Of a stretch of DNA of 64,000 nucleotides, positions 62,860-64,000 are shown piece after piece. Each line of letters begins with the position of its first letter. Position 1 is the first letter of the stretch. A model generated the notes under the pieces. It was given only the letters and a program-made list of their open reading frames with translations. It searched no databases and was not told the origin of the DNA. The DNA comes from Octopus vulgaris. Lineage: Eukaryota. The DNA lies in assembly GCA_951406725.2 (NCBI GenBank), contig OX597828.1:71548001-71612000 (forward strand), written 5' to 3'. The position numbers and the translations under genes are program-made.

Positions 62860-63930
62860 GTGTGTACAAATATATTTCACATGCTCGTCTACTTTCAGAT
62901 GTGTCAAATATAATTGTACACCTCCTACATTTCAATTAGCGTTGCTTAGTGTGTTTAATTAATTCCAAACTGACGAAGTTTTGCATTTATAAGCAAATTT
63001 AGTATTTGTTGTTTAAATACAAGAGCGGCTGTTCTTAGCAGTCTAGGAACAATGGATTCGGTGTTCATAGCTGATGAGGCTTAAGGATGCAGAAACACGT
63101 GTCATACAAATCTGTTGACGTCATTCTGTCCAGTATGATGTGTTTTTCACACACATCATCTATAAGAGCAATTTATTTCCCCAAATAATTTTAGCAGTGA
63201 AGGTCTCTCCACGTCTGAGTGTATTTGAATGTATCAAATACAATCGCATTATTGTACCCAGCTATATTTGAAAACATTGCTCTTTGATGTGCCTGTAGTT
63301 AATTGATTGCAGCTTCACTAAGCTTCGTACATTTGAGCAAATTTACTGTTTGCTTTTTAAATGTAAGAACAGTGTTGTTGTGTGATTGCAGGTGATGGAT
63401 TCAGCATCTGTAACTGATGAAGCATAACAATGCAGAAACACGTTGTATAGTCTAATGATCCCATTCATAGACCACGTTGTGTTTTTCACACACACACACA
63501 CACTGTCTATTAGGAAAATTTCTCTTCCAAGACAGTTTCTGTCCAAGGCCTGTCCAAGTGTATACAAGCATGTTAAATATAAATACACAGCTTTACTTTA
63601 ACCAATACTCCTTACTGTGTCTCTGGTTAATTAATTCCAGCTTAACTAAGCTTTGTACCCATCAGTAAATATAATATTTGCTGTTTAACTATAAGAACAG
63701 CAGTTGTTTCGTATGCTGTGAACGATGGGTCTGGCGTCTGTCGCCAATGAAGCGCATCAGTGCAGTAACTCGTTTCTTTCTGTCCAATGACGTCAGTCAC
63801 AACTCATTATGGTGTGTTTTTTTTACACACATCATGTGTATAAGGAGAATTTCTCTCCCAAGACAGTTTCCGCAGCAAAGGTCTGTCCATGTTCGAGTGA
63901 ACACGTGCGTGTTAAATATAATTGTGATCG
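62860..63930 (+). repeat. ~330-345-bp diverged tandem array, each unit with a hammerhead-ribozyme-like core (retrozyme-like)
   Basis: CTGATGA..GAAAC at 63071-63096 and 63414-63439, degenerate ccaatga..gtaac at 63744; shared flanks gatggattc, tgtgtttttcacacac, ttaattaattcc, taagaacag. Confidence 0.7.
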
Positions 63931-64000
63931 CGTGATCGTGTGATCGACCAGACTGTCAGATGGTGTTATGCCTCGCTGGCCACAATGCACTTTGCATCAT

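Overview
AT-rich eukaryotic DNA full of microsatellites and SINEs. The repeat families (tRNA-headed SINEs with internal (TA)n/(TG)n, RTE tails ending in (ATG)n) suggest a coleoid cephalopod, probably an octopus (inference). Almost all ORFs in the supplied track are microsatellite artefacts. I manually spliced one + strand host gene of about 31 short, phase-compatible exons from 14755 to at least 62729 (about 1,070 aa in the window; the 3' end lies beyond it). It encodes a highly divergent plexin-family receptor: signal peptide, a short ectodomain of about 550 aa with no room for a full Sema domain, IPT/TIG domains, a TM helix and a split RasGAP fold with an RBD. The conserved LRFW arginine is replaced by Gln, RR is replaced by SR, and the juxtamembrane coiled coil is missing, so it is a candidate 'mini, pseudo-GAP' plexin. 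The introns hold RTE, CR1, L1/Tx1, R4/Dong, CRE and Penelope-like fragments, Tc1/mariner, three Helitrons, several fold-back elements and minisatellites. They also hold hammerhead-ribozyme-like motifs: a tRNA-headed inverted element at about 15.1-15.5 kb and a ~340-bp tandem retrozyme-like array at about 62.9-63.9 kb. All family assignments come from motif recognition by eye, not database searches.
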